Shown here: positions 50,311 to 63,548 of the stretch, one piece after another | Numbering within the stretch: the first letter of the stretch is position 1 | Layout of the letters: every line of letters starts with the position of its first letter | Source: Ginglymostoma cirratum | Taxonomy: Eukaryota | Direction of reading: 5' to 3' | Assembly: GCA_024137785.1 (NCBI GenBank) | Contig: JAHRHZ010000222.1 | Span: forward strand, 34,846,463 to 34,910,462 | Length of the DNA stretch: 64,000 nucleotides | Position numbers and translations under genes: made by a program | Notes under the pieces: generated by a model | Databases searched by the model: none | Told to the model about the DNA's origin: nothing | The model's input: only the letters and a program-made list of their open reading frames with translations

Positions 50311-52707
50311 GCTTAACAAACTCAGGACGATAAGAGAGTGAAAGTATAGTGGTAGCTTGAACTGAGATTAAATGTCAATGGACAGTTCTCAAATTAGTCA
50401 TACTTACGAAATGCTGTAGTGAACTATTTTCCCATATGCAAGGCAATAAGATAAACAATGCAAGACACTCTGGAAGGAGACAGACCAGTTAGAAGCATAC
50501 ATAAATGGCTAAAATGAGGAAGTGCAATAAATCAGTATATTTGTGGAAAAGCAATGGAAATATAGTTAATGTCAATATTCATAACAGAAAACCGGAACGA
50601 GAGAGATTAACCACTGTGCGTACACAGCACTTTAAAATCAAGGCACAAATTGAAAAAGCTGTAACATATTTCTCCTTTTTAAGTTTTTTGTAATCTTTTT
50701 GCTGGAATACTGAATTTAAATCAAGGTGGTGATGAGTTTGTCAAGCACATTGGCCAAACTATTGTTGAACAAAAGAATTCGCACAAAAATCAGGCAAGAG
50801 TTCAACAACTAGCTGAATAAATACTGTACAAAGTTAAAATACCGTTCAATTGAGACAGGCACAATGGGCCAAATAGAAATCACAGAGTGAGAAACTAGCT
50901 TAGATATGTAGTCTTCCATTTTACAATACATTCCATTGTAATTTACTTTCAAAGCAATCTTCAAAAGCCGTTGACGACTTCTGGGTGATGTTTCTAGTAA
51001 TCTGACATATTTTATGAAAACCTATGGTAATAAATTTGTTTTTCCTCAAGAATTAGGCATGTTAAAGGAATGTTTATATCAAATAATCCATTTAAGTTAA
51101 AACACTATTGAAACAAAAGATAAGCATGGAATATCACCAGAAAGCTCAAAATCACAATGATCCTTTCTTCAGGCTTGCAAGAAACTACACAGTCAGAAAC
51201 ATTGTCTCCTGTGTTCTGACCTGATAATAGATACTTCTACCAATTTGATAACTGCACGTTGACACGTTGTGGACATCCAAGCACTTCTTTTACGAAGGGA
51301 TCATATCAGGAATGTTCAGTGTATATAAAGGCATAAATCAAAAGAGCGCCACAGGGGAGATATGACGTAATGACTTGTAAACTTTAGGAAACAAGTGAGA
51401 ATCTTCGCCATGGAAATTAAAGAATGCTGACAGGCAAGAAAACCCAAGTGGTTAAAAAACCCTACCACCGGATTCAACTGCTAGCTCCATATCCTTGCAC
51501 ACCTTGTTGGTTAGCATCATTCCCTCCAAAATAAAATCTGTAGCTGATGACACTTGGGGTGAGATTGATCAGTCTAGAATGCTAAACAAGTGGTTTCACA
51601 TTGGTCCTCTACATGCCAGCTTAGCTAGAACTGAATATTGAGCCAGTGGGAAAAAAATTGCCAAAAACAATTCTCCTGCTTGGGTTTCCACCAAGTTCAA
51701 TTTCACACCCTCTGCATCTAGGAGTTCAATTTTTGCATGGAGAAACACCTCCAAGATTGTGTCTTAGTGTTAGCAAACAGCAGCACAAGCAAGATCAAGT
51801 TTAAGAAATAATCAATCTAAATACAGATGAATGGACAGGCCACTATATTTTCCTCTCTGATAAGAGGCAGCAATCCACAGTCCAGTAAGTTAACTGATTA
51901 GATCTAATAAAAAGGGAAAATTTAAGAGCTAATTGAATACCTGCAGCACTGCTCACAGGTAGGCATTTTATTCATGCGAAGCGACATTCAGAAGATAGCA
52001 TTTTAAAATGCTGAGCAAGCTTCAATGACAGGCCGACAGAAGTTCCAGAAACTGCCCTGATTACTAAGACTTTTAGGCTGAATTACTGTAATGTTTGGCC
52101 AGTCGTACTTCAGCAACCAAAGGAAAACATCAAGGAAGGTGAATACTGCATAAGTGTGCAGCCAATACATTTTTGCCAATCTTGTGCAGATAAAGCTATT
52201 GGCATATTTGAGGAAACTAAAGACTGTTCCCAACTGAGAAGTCTAGGCTCAAACTTTAGACCAGAACTTCAAAGTAAGATTTTCATTGATCATTTTTGTC
52301 AACTTCATATCTATCAAGGAAAGCACACTTCCTAGATTCGGCCTAACCAAGGTAATTATGTACAGGAATAGCTGCATTTCTGTTTGTAATTTTCCTTTTC
52401 TGCTTTGTGATTTTCAAACACTGTAGCAATATGCATACTGTGTTGGAGTGGAGGATAATTATGAAACTCATTACAAGGGTACAGCACACATAAATGTAGA
52501 GAATTGGGGTAAATTAGATGCAACCCTACAATTTATTTCAAGGACATCCTCTGCAAATCTGAATCCTGAAAATATACACATTTTGAACTCCCACAAATAC
52601 AAGACAAACTCAACTTTATATCTTGGAGCTCAAAGATTTACGCTAGTCACACATGCATAACTAACTCAAACAACATTTACTAGGACCTCAAACATCTCAC
52701 AAAACAT

Positions 52708-52798
52708 GTGGAGCTGGAGGAACGCAGGTGGTCAGGCAACACAGTAGCAGGAAAGTCGACATTTCAGGTTTACACCCTTCATCAGGGCTTTTCTTACT
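52708..52798 (-). mobile_element. Short Penelope-derived insertion with hammerhead core
   Basis: Minus strand reads CUGAUGA-A-GGGUGUAAACCU-GAAA-UGUC. Flanked by ATCTCACAAAACAT (52694-52707) and ATCTCTCAAAACAT (52799-52812). Confidence 0.6.
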
Positions 52799-55659
52799 AT
52801 CTCTCAAAACATTCGATGTTTCAGGTATCATAAGTACCAATATTAACTTAATGACTCCAAGGCAAAATTAAACAAACATTATGAGAAAGATATACTGAGA
52901 TTGCGCATGACTTATTTAAGCATCAACCAAAAAGCTAACACTCAAAGTAGTGTCGGCCTCTGTGTCCATTTTTACAACTTTGCTCAGGACATGGAGCCTA
53001 TAGTCCATTAGAAGTGCCAAAATCTCTGAACCAGCTAAATTGGTACAAGGTTCCTATTCCCATAGGGGTAACACAGTAGTGTATGTTGACTTGAATGTTG
53101 ATACTGGGTATGGCAATACGTGGCTAATGTCTCAGGCTTCAGGAAAATAACATCAGGATTACTTATCCTGCTTATCTTGTAAAGATGCTCAGCTGCAGCA
53201 ACATCAAATCACATGCCTGTGATACCACATCTTTGCACTAATTTCTGTCATAACACATACAGGTGACCAGAGCTGCTATGAAAACTTTGCCCTGTATCTT
53301 TCTGCTTCAGTATAACCAAGAATGTGCATTATGTTGATCATCTGCAAGCAATACAAAGCTTGGTGTGCTTGCAAATCAAATTAGTAACGTTAACAGAATT
53401 TCCTTCAATTAACAATGCTTACATTGTTTAAGTCAGCTTAACGTTTGAAAGATGTGAAAGAACAGGTGTCGATCTTAATACCACAACTTTTCTTCCCATG
53501 TGCTATTCTTAGTGTAATGTATCAGTTATATAGGTTCATATCCATTTTGCACTTACTCAAGCCATCTCCCAAGTTGGAAGTAGTGGTCCGAATCATCATG
53601 GGAGAGGAAAAAAAACACGTTATACCAAACTTCAAATAATAAAAGGGAGAAAGACAAGATGCCTAGACTTACACAATCAAAATGTCATCCATGTACCCAA
53701 CAGTAAAGCCCCAACTACTAATAATATTACTACTAGTCTTAATTTGTGGGATTTTCCAGCTCTCTTCAGCCTCTGTTGCCTCATGTACACATACCAATGA
53801 CTTTGAAACAGGGGCACCTACTCTAACTGAAACTAATTCCATTAGCCAAAAGTGGCTGCATAGCTTTTTCTAACTGGATTAAATAATATTTCTCGCAAAT
53901 CGCAATCTTAAACAGTTTTAATCTTTCAGCCAAAGAGTAAAAAAGTGCAGTTATGAAAATAATGTGAACCTTGGGAAATCTGCCCAAGAGGCACAGACTA
54001 TCTGATCAAAACTTCCTAGAATCTAGGGAAAGTGAAGTGATGATCTCTCTGCCGCCTTACAGTATGACTGTTACACACAATCAAACCTTAACTAATTTTG
54101 CAGCAACTTCTATTCAGATCCTACAGTTGCATTGGTTTCCACAGAAATACCTGCTGGCAGTCAAGACGCCAGAACAAACCTATCACCATTAGGCTTTCGA
54201 AGTTTTAAATTCTTACAGTTTTTGTCCACAAATTAGAAATAGGTCAGAGAGTCTAAATACGCTAAATACGCTACAAGTAAGTTAACAGAAAAATTTAACC
54301 TACAAATGCCATAGTCTTAGCTCATTAAAGAACAGAGGACAAATTAAAAACAAATTATTATTTGTGAAGCAGCAAATTTTACTGTGCAGAGTACGAGGGG
54401 AGAATAAGAGAAAGAATAACTTATTAAACAAAGTGTTTTCCACACAAGTATATCTACAGTAAGATTAGTTAGAAAACTCAGAGCAATTCTTGATACTCTG
54501 AAGTTTTTCTTTTGATGAAGGAACAACATGGAACATGCCTAGCAACAATGATCTACTTAAAGCACGATTAAAAAAAGTGGCATCTGAAAAGTTTACATTT
54601 TTATAAGATATTCCAAATGTTGTAAAAACGCAGCTGATTCTCACAACTATGTCTAGGAAGAAAATCTCCTATTCTTATCCAGTCTGGCCTATATATGACT
54701 CCAGAGATATGCACATGGTAGACTCAACTGCCCTCCAAAACACTGCAGCAAACCAATCAAATAATATCAACCTATGATGCTAACATCCAAGTCAACACCA
54801 GATAGATCATCTGCTATCTCCTCAAACTTCAATTATGAAGACGTCAACCCTTTCTATCCATCCAAGGACTTAAGCAAACACTGAGAAGCTCCATAAGCAG
54901 CAGCCTGAGAAAGTCATTCTCTCAGAACCGTATTTTTAGCCAATATCGCAGGCGATTCTAACACCACTCTTGGTTAAATCCTGCCTTATCAGGACACACC
55001 TGCTATATGTGGCACCGTAGCGATATAGAGTAAAGTGGTAGAGGTCCTGGGGATTCCCAAATTGACCCCAGACCTCATAAACTTGCATGGCACCAACGTC
55101 AATCATAAGCACAAAATCTGCCAACTGCTCATGCTCCCACAGCTGATTTATAAAAACTTCCCAATGTGAAACATCACTTGGAAAAAATATTAAAAGTGCA
55201 CAACGGTACACAATGTACTCACAATTGGAGCTTCAATGTAACATCACTCAAGTTCCGAAGGACACATCTATCAGACTTAAGATGGTGAGAGGAATAATGC
55301 AACCAAAAGATCTATCTGATCTCAGCCTCACGAAAAGATCCATCACACACCTCTGTCCAGAACAGTTACAGTTTAAAAGCCATCTCAACAGCCTTTGCAG
55401 CAAAGTCTCGTCTTCACACGGAGGAGACAATCCATTGTGTTGTCTAAAATTACCACTATGTTAAATGTGATAGACTCAAAACAGATCTGGCAGCTTAAAA
55501 ATGTGCAACCATGAAGTGCTAAGGGCCATCACAGAACTGTATACTACCATAATTGGTAGCTTCTTGGCTTAGCATGCCCTTCACTCTACCATAACCAACA
55601 AGTGAGGAAAACATGGTAAAAATAACTCCAGATGTACCAAAAATAAAAGTGCCATCCTA

Positions 55660-56012
55660 GGCAACATGGTGGCTCAGTGGTTAGTACTGCTGGCTTTCAG
55701 TACCAATGACCCAGATTCAATTGCAGGCAGGTGGCTGTCAGTGTTCACACATTCTCCGTGTCTGCGTGGGTTTCCTCTAGGTGCTTCGGTTTCCTCCCAC
55801 AATCTCAAGATGTGCAAGTTAGGTGGATTGGCCATGCTTAATTGTCCTGTAATGTCCAGGGATAAGCAGACTAGTAGGTCAGCCATGGTGAAGGTGGGGT
55901 TCCAGGAATAGGGTCGGGGTTAGGTCTGTGTGGGATGCCCTTTGGACGATCAGGGCAGACTCAGAAGGCTGAATGGCCTCTTTCCGCACTGTAGGAAATC
56001 TATAATTCTATG
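55660..56012 (+). mobile_element. HE1-like V-SINE
   Basis: A box TGGTGGCTCAGTGGTTAG, V-domain-like cacattctccgtgtctgcgtgggtttcctctaggtgcttcggtttcctcccaca, and tail actgtaggaaatctataattctatg. Confidence 0.85.
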
Positions 56013-57783
56013 GTGAAACTAAACCACAGGTCGAAAACAAGCAGCATATGTTGAACATGAGTTAAACAATCCTACAATCAATAGATTTTTTAAAGGTTTG
56101 CAGTCCTGCTGCATCCATTCACGAAGGCAGTAAACAACCAAATAAACCTCTAAACATTAGGTTCTATATTACCCTGCTTACTGATCACTTTGTCCCTGCA
56201 CCACAAACTCTGACCATTAATTTTGATGTCTTCCACTTGAGTGTAGATCCCCTCCTCAATCCTACACAAAATTTGACTTTTCCCAGTTCTTATGAAAGGC
56301 CTCAAACCAAAACACAAACTCTACATTTTGTTATATATATGTCACCCCAGTCTTTCCAGCATTTTCAGCCCTTGTTTCAGATTTCCAGAATCCACACTAT
56401 TTTCCTTTTGCACCAAGGAGGCTGCACCAAAAGTTTATAACCCATCTCTACCTCCTTCAGACGTCCACAGAGCATCAAAAGTCATTCTGCAGTACACCAA
56501 ATGACATCAAAAAACACTTGAGCGCAGTGAGTCCCACCAACATTCTGGCTATAGTTCAGAAGGCTTATGCTTCCCAACCAACCGAGATTCCGGCCAAAAT
56601 CTGGATCCAGCCTAGTTTGGACATTATTCTATAAGCTGCCTGTGATAAGTGTCCCTAAAGCTGGTGAGCAAAAACATGTAGTCACAATTTGCTTTAAAAC
56701 ACTCTACACTCTAAATTCCAAAACTAATTAAAAATTCTAGCAGTCCTTTCAATCATAATATTCTAAAAAATGTACCTTTAGGTCATTTTCAATGTATTTT
56801 TTTTTTCCAACTTGTGGTAGGATTTTGTTGTTCCAAATTTGAAAATGGCTGATTGAAAGTGTTGCTGAGGTTTCTTTACTTCTAACTTAATTTGCTGCCC
56901 AGATCACTCTGCGCTGCAGTATTCTGTAGTCTCTCTCCATTTAAACCATATTCAGTTTTCTACTCTTCTGTCAAAGTAACAAGCTCTCTTTTTCCTGCAT
57001 TATATACAACATCAAATTTTTGTCCAATCATTTAATCTATATCGCCTTATTTGTTACTTGTATTCTCCTCCCAACTTGCTTTTCTATCTTTGCACTGTCA
57101 CAAATCTGCCTATCATGCAATCAGTCCCTTTATTCAAGTCATTAGTATGGAGTGAATACAGTTCGTCAATACATCCATAGTAAACTCGGAGTTTAGTCAC
57201 AGAGACATTTCTATTGGCCCATTTATTGGCACCACTAAAACATTTAAGACCCAATTACATATTACACTTATTCAACAGAATTCGATGTTTAAGCCTGATT
57301 ATTCACGAAGGACTTCAATGTTTTTCAAGTTCAATTTTCAGAACAGAGGCCTTAAATGACCTTTCAAAAAAACAAATTCTTGTGATGTCGTCAGAGATTA
57401 ATTTACAGCATGATTTCTCAGGTACACACTCCAGAAGCAGTACATTTATGAAATAAAACTCAAAGTTCATCATCTTAAAACTAAGATAACTCTACTAAAA
57501 TTGGAGTTGATATGACTGATTAAAACTTCACAAACAAAAGCTACTTTGAAGCAGTATGAATTTAAATCAGGAGAGAAAATGATACAATCGTGTATCATAA
57601 TTATCAACTAACGGAAGCTACACTAAGGATCGAAAAGGACAGATATGACATTGTTACAAAATATTCTCGGAAAGTCAGAACCTTGCACAGCAACATTTTA
57701 TACTAATTAGATTCTAAGCCATAGGTAACGACTTAAATTTGTTTACACCACGATTCTGCAAAATATTAATGATATGACATTAC

Positions 57784-57843
57784 CTATGCGTGTGGTTGCT
57801 GAGTCCCAATTTAAGTCAAATTCTGAAGATTCACTTTCTTCAA
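57784..57843 (-). CDS. ZNF423: ZNF423 coding exon (60 bp, phase 1-1; equivalent to human exon 2)
   Basis: Minus strand reads ctttctttcttttacAG|TT GAA GAA AGT GAA TCT TCA GAA TTT GAC TTA AAT TGG GAC TCA GCA ACC ACA CGC ATA G|GTaatg = (V)EESESSEFDLNWDSATTRI(G). This resembles human [20 protein letters not shown] (recalled), has the same 60-bp length and canonical splice sites, and joins in frame to the 9050-9250 exon. It is absent from the ORF track. Confidence 0.9.
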
Positions 57844-58925
57844 CTGTAAAAGAAAGAAAGCCAGTTACATTATTACTCATTCCCCGAACGTTGTTGTAAG
57901 AGTTAACCGATGAGGCATGAAATTCAATACCCTCTTGGATTTGTAAATGTCACTTGAAATTATGTACTGTTATAGGTATGTGCTATATCAATAAACCAAG
58001 TCTACTAAGGAAGCACAAATCCAAGAAAAGAAACTTCAGTCAACGAAAAAAGTACATGCACTTTTCTGTTATTATTTTTCATGTAGAAAGATTAGTTATG
58101 AATATTGGACAGCCAAAAAAGTGACAAAATAAGCATAAAATGACATCGATAGGTTTTGCCCTCCAACAGAACGTTATTTTTCTTCGAGGAATGATTCCAG
58201 ATATACTGTTCCCCATCAAAATTATTGTTGATAGTCACTTCTAGCACTTGGGTGAAAACCAAATATCAGTGAGCAGATGGCCAATCTCTGGGACAAACTC
58301 CCCTGGAGAGGCATTGGGCAGAATCCTCCTGGTCCTGCAGGGGCAGCTTGAAGGCAGATTGAAAGAGATTTCATAGAAATTGGCTTCAAGTCAGCAGGCC
58401 ATCATATTCTAGCCTCCAGGCAGTCTTTCCCAAGTTGGGTCAGCAGCTGCTGAGGCTAACTGTCCAGCAGCAGATGGGCACCCAGTGAGATGCAAACTCA
58501 GCAGGTGCTTGGAGGCAGTTTGCTGGTGACTGGCCTGCATTTATTGCCTCTCCCCCATTAAGCTAGAGAAGGTGGTGATGAGTCTCCACGATAAACTGTC
58601 ACAGTCCATGTGTTATAGGCACACCCACTGCAGCATTAGCTCCAGGATTTTGAGCCTATGATGATGAGATAATATAACTAGCAGGATAAGTGAAGTGGAA
58701 CCACTGGATGTAGCATATTTAGCTATTCAAATGGAATTCAGTAAACAGCAACACAAAAAGGTTGATTTTTGATTTTTTCATGTGGTGTGGCACATTGAAA
58801 TACCAATCACCCCAAGATTCCACTCCAAGGTGTGACTTAGAAGAATGTCACCATACTTCCACAGTCACTGCATCCACCATCTCTGCAGCTCTTATTTGGC
58901 ATAACCCACTAGGTTTAGTGGATTA

Positions 58926-59022
58926 GAGATAACAAGGTGGAGAGCTGGATGAACACAGCAGGCCAAGCAACATCAGAGGAGCAGGAAGGCTGACGTTTCG
59001 TGCCTCGACCCTTCTTCAGAAA
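58926..59022 (-). mobile_element. 97-bp Penelope-derived insertion with hammerhead core and perfect 10-bp TSD
   Basis: TAGTGGATTA at 58916-58925 and 59023-59032. Minus strand reads CUGAAGA-A-GGGUCGAGGCAC-GAAA-CGUC. Confidence 0.75.
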
Positions 59023-59033
59023 TAGTGGATTAA

Positions 59034-59178
59034 AAACTAAGGTGCGGCACTGGAGCAATGGAGTGTCAGCCAATCAAATATTTTGTTCGACAGGATAAAC
59101 TGAAGTTGCATCTGCCCTCTTTAAAGGGTACAAAGGATCTGAGAACACTATTTTAAACGGGTGTGGGGTAATCTCCAC
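59034..59178 (+). repeat. Direct duplicate of ~60087-60239
   Basis: aaactaagg..ggcactggagcaatggagtgtca..aaatattttgttcgac..ctgaagttgcatctgccc..gagaacactattttaaac..gggtgtggggtaatctccac occurs twice, ~1.05 kb apart. Confidence 0.9.
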
Positions 59179-60004
59179 TACTCCGAAATTAGCAGATTTG
59201 CTAGCTTTCAGCCCATTAATTTCTTTCTTACATTTTCTTTACTCACAATTAATTAACTAATTTATTAATTCCTCACTTTCACTACATTTTTTACCTCTCC
59301 CCTACTTCTAATTATACTTTTGTATCTTCTACTATGACAGAGATAATGGGTAATATATCTTGGCTCATTCAAAATCTCCCCAGTTGCAGAGTTAAATTCC
59401 AACTCATGCATTTGTTTAACGGCTGTCATTTATTTATTCCCCATTATATTTTCACTTGCACCAGTCAGTAAACCCATGTTTACTTTTGCTACTCTTGCGT
59501 TTTCACAATCCATTTTCACATTTCCTGTGGATTAACTCATTCTATTTTGCCTGCGACCTTGCTCATTATTTGCTGCTTTCTCAACACCATTTCCAATCCT
59601 CAAGCTTACAATACCTGGCAGTACTGTACACTTTCTTTTATTCTTCTAAATCTCTTCAGTTAGCCATGGAACGATCTTTTTCCTCATACAGGCTTTACTT
59701 CTTAACATGTATTTACTGAGAATTAGAAAATATTTATTTAAACACTTACCATTACCTATTGTCATATCTTATAATTTCTCAATCTACCTTAGCCGATTCA
59801 TTCCTCATATCCATGTAATTGGTTTTAAATGTAACAGTCTAGTGTCAGACATACATGTCACCCTCAAACTCACTCTTCCCCAAGAATTCGCTACCAACAA
59901 TTTCACCCATCTTCACTTCCACACCTCATCTGTCAGAACAGCAAGCACACTGAAATGTTTACTACTCAACCGTTGTAACCATACATTCACTTCCATGCAT
60001 CTAC

Positions 60005-60462
60005 ATGAGTCAGCGATGGTTCAGTTGGTGGCAGTCTCACCTGCAAGTCAGAAGACAGTTCAGTTCGTGCCAGGACCCGAGCACATAAACTAAGGCGTGG
60101 CACTGGAGCAATGGAGTGTCAACCAAATATTTTGTTCGACTGGATAAGCTGAAGTTGCATCTGCCCACTTTCAAGGGCACAAAGGATCGGAGAACACTAT
60201 TTTAAACAGATGTGGGTATGGGTGTGGGGTAATCTCCACCGTTCTGACCAATACTTAATTTGTCAATCCATTTTTGTCACTGCTTATCTGGTCATTACCA
60301 AGTTTATATTTGTGGGAGCTTGTTGGGCCCAAACTGGCTCCAATGTTTCCTGCATTACAAAATTGACAAAACTTCAAAAGAGTGATACAATGGTACTGAA
60401 GCACTTTCAGACAGACGTTGATGACCATGGAATATGTTACATTAACGCAATTCCCTCTTTCT
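60005..60462 (+). mobile_element. DeuSINE-like (SacSINE1/AmnSINE-related) element
   Basis: tRNA-like head (atggttcagttggtggcagtctcacct), then ttatctggtcatta...tttgtgggagcttg...tttcctgcattacaa...acttcaaaag, matching the recalled Deu-SINE consensus with an L2-like tail. Confidence 0.65.
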
Positions 60463-60579
60463 CTGTAATGGACAAACATTAATTCATACTTGTACCATTA
60501 ATTTGCCTTTTGTTTAAAAACAATTTTCACCTGATACAACATAATCAACTGACGCAGCAACATTATCAGTGGCTGAGCC

Positions 60580-60952
60580 TATATTTATTGACCATCACAA
60601 ATCCTCCTCAAGGTGGTAATGGAACCATTTTCTTGAATACAGCTGAGTGGATTACTTAGCCAATTCAGGATGGCAATTCAGCGTCAGCCACATTGTTGTG
60701 GCTCTGAAGTCACAAAGCGTAAATCAGTTAAACACAGGAGACTGTCTTTCCTAATGTGCATTACTGATCAGTTTTACAACAATTTGGCAGTTCCATGGTC
60801 GCCATTTGCTGTTTTTTTTGTTTGAAAAGTTGAAAATGTATTAGTTGATTTTTTTTTAACATAAAGATCCCCTGCTGTCATAATAGGATCTGAGCTCACA
60901 TTCCAGATCATTAGTTCAGGTCTCCAGATGAAAGTCCGGCAACATAGCCATA
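60580..60952 (-). mobile_element. Decayed SINE (family of 21392-22153)
   Basis: gtcagccacattgttgtggctctgaagtcaca...tttcctaatgtgcattactga. Confidence 0.55.
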
Positions 60953-61129
60953 GGAGACAATGGAGTCAATCAGAATTTCAGAAGACTACATAGCACTTGG
61001 TCTTTCTTCCATATAAATATGTAGATGACAAATGTAACTTTGAAGATTTTTAATTACAATTTTTTAAGCTACTTGTAGGGAAAAGTACTCTTTTGATGCC
61101 TTTGCTGTACGTTCTGATGAGGTCACACT

Positions 61130-61480
61130 GTATGACTAGAATGATTGCAGCATAGAAGACTCCAATTTGCCCTATTATGTCCATGCCAGCTTTCAGCAAG
61201 TATAATTTACCTAATTACACTCCTGCATTTTTATTGCAACCCTGCAAATTTTCACTTTAGCAAATTATCCAATTCTCTTTTGAGGTCCTTGCATTGAATC
61301 CGCTTCCACCACACTCCCAGGCAATACATTCCAGATCCGAACTTCTCAGAGGAACAATGTTAGACTCTTGTCACTGTTGCTTTTGTCCCGCAAATAACCT
61401 TAAATTGCTGTCTTCAGGATTTTAATTCTTCCGCAAACAGAAACATCTCAAATCTAATGTCCAGACACTCAAGTTTGGGC
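61130..61480 (-). mobile_element. Old CR1 3' fragment
   Basis: ttatccaattctcttttga, attgaatccgcttccaccacactcccaggcaatacattccagatc. Confidence 0.65.
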
Positions 61481-62029
61481 ACAAATACTAGCAGCTATAT
61501 CGTCCTCAAATTTTCGTGTGGGCAACTGCTGTTGCCCCTTCATCACACTTCCACCTCTTATCACCACACCCCACTGCTGAAACTGAAGTTTTAAAGAAAT
61601 CATACAGCAATTACAGATATGAACCTACATCTGATATGTTTATGGTTTTCAATATAATGCCACGCATACATTTCCCATATCTAGCCTTACACAAATATTT
61701 TTAATCATTAAAAAAAAGTGACAAAGTTATTGTCCTCTACTTTGGCATCTAAATTAAGAGACACCCAAATTAATGTCTGTCTTGTAATTTCACTGATCTT
61801 ACAAGGTTAGAAAAGAACTTCCATTAACCTCTAATTCAGCTATCACAGAGGGTGCTTCTCTCACTGGACCATAAATGAGTTGAAGAGGTGAAATAACCTA
61901 AACTCAGAAGCAGAAGGTTAATTAATGGAAGGAAATTGAATCTTGTATACTATTTGAAGTTGATACTGAATACATAGAATACATATTAGAAAAATCAATT
62001 TTCTCACAACTGAGAAGGACATCATCCAG

Positions 62030-62496
62030 TTATAGGAAGGATATTATTCAGCTGGAGAGGGTTCAGAAGACATTTACCAGCAGCTGGATCTTTTTCCACT
62101 GGAGTGTAGGAGGTTGGAGACAACTTGATAGAAGGTTATAAATGAGGGGTGTTGATAGAGTTAATGGTAGTTGTCTTTTCCCTCGAATGGGGGCAGGGGG
62201 ATTTCAAAACTAGGGGCACACTTTTTTTTTTACAAGAGAGATTTTTTTAAAAAGACATGAGCGGCAAATTTTTTTTAGACAGAGGGTGGCTAGTATGTGG
62301 AATGAACTGCCAGAGGAAGTGGTGGACGTGGGTACTATTACAACATTTAAAAGAAATTTGAGTAAGTACATGAATAGGAAAGGTTTGGAGTGATATGGGC
62401 CAAGAGCAGGCAGGTGGGACTAGTTGAGTTTGGGATTACGTTCAGCATGGACTGGTTGGATGAAGATACCATTTCCATGCTGCATGACTCTATGAC
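62030..62496 (+). mobile_element. CR1 LINE 3' portion
   Basis: tataggaaggatattattcagctggagagggttcagaag; tggaatgaactgccagaggaagtggtgg; tail catgactctatgac. Confidence 0.88.
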
Positions 62497-62904
62497 ATTG
62501 AATGAAAGGTTCATCCAATTTTGGAAGAACAAGGTTACGGGCATGAATATCACTCTAGACATACAAAGAGCTTAATTTTATCATGGCTGAGTGAACAATG
62601 GACACTTTGTCTTTGGCTAATGGCCCCAAACAGTTATGCTGCAAGAACCTAAGTTACTTGCTCCAAATAGCTCCTTTTGAAAGGTTGTCAGCAGAAACTT
62701 TTCCAAGCCACTGAACATAGATGATTGTTTATCCTTCAGATTTCCCTTTAATTTTACTGGAAGGCATCAATGTAGTACTGAAGCAACTAATGCATTATAT
62801 TAAGCGCTATAATTCAAAACCAAAATGTGAAATCTGATTCTTCCCCTTCGGTAAACATAAACAATCCCATCACACAGAAAAGATTATCGATGGCCTGGAC
62901 AACG

Positions 62905-63092
62905 ACATTCCCTCAACCAAGAGATTACCTGGTCATTATCTCATTATTGAACGTAACATTATGATGCATTCTAATTCCTATATTTTTCTAAATTCACAAC
63001 AGTGACTATATTCCAAAATTACTTTACTGAGTGTAAAGAGCTGTGGGATATCCAAATATCATGAGTGATGCCACACAAGTACAAACCTTTCT
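62905..63092 (+). mobile_element. DeuSINE-like 3' fragment
   Basis: tccctcaaccaa..gattacctggtcattatctcatt..acaacagtgacta; similar to 60280-60460. Confidence 0.55.
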
Positions 63093-63349
63093 GGTCTCTA
63101 CTTGGAGAACCAATGAAAATGCATTCACCAATAGCTAATCTCTACCTCCAAGTTGTCAAACTGGAGGAACAATCCCAATATAAATAGAATATGCAATACA
63201 ATTTCCATCCAATACACAGTGAACACAGGACTAAACAAATGACAACGTTAATTCATTACCTACAAGGCGGAGGTTAGGACAGCAAGGTAACTTCTCGGGG
63301 GAGGGGTGTGAGCAGAATTGTTACCTGTACATTTCTTTAAAAGTCACCA

Positions 63350-63548
63350 TAGCACTACCAAGCCATACAGCTGCTCTCTCGTTAGAGAGTAACAATTGAT
63401 GGTGGTTTAACCAAAGAGCCACCATGCCTCAGGCAAGGGGACAGTTTGAAGAGAGTCCTTCATAATAACCTCAGCCAGCAAGTCTGCACTGTTGGCATTA
63501 CTCTGCATTGCAAGCCAGCTGCTCTGCCAACTGCGGCACCGACTCCCA
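63350..63548 (-). mobile_element. Decayed tRNA-derived SINE
   Basis: Minus-strand head gtcggtgccgcagttggc...tgcagagtaatgccaacag and body ggttaaaccacc...ctctaacgagagagcagc resemble a recalled shark SINE. Confidence 0.4.
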
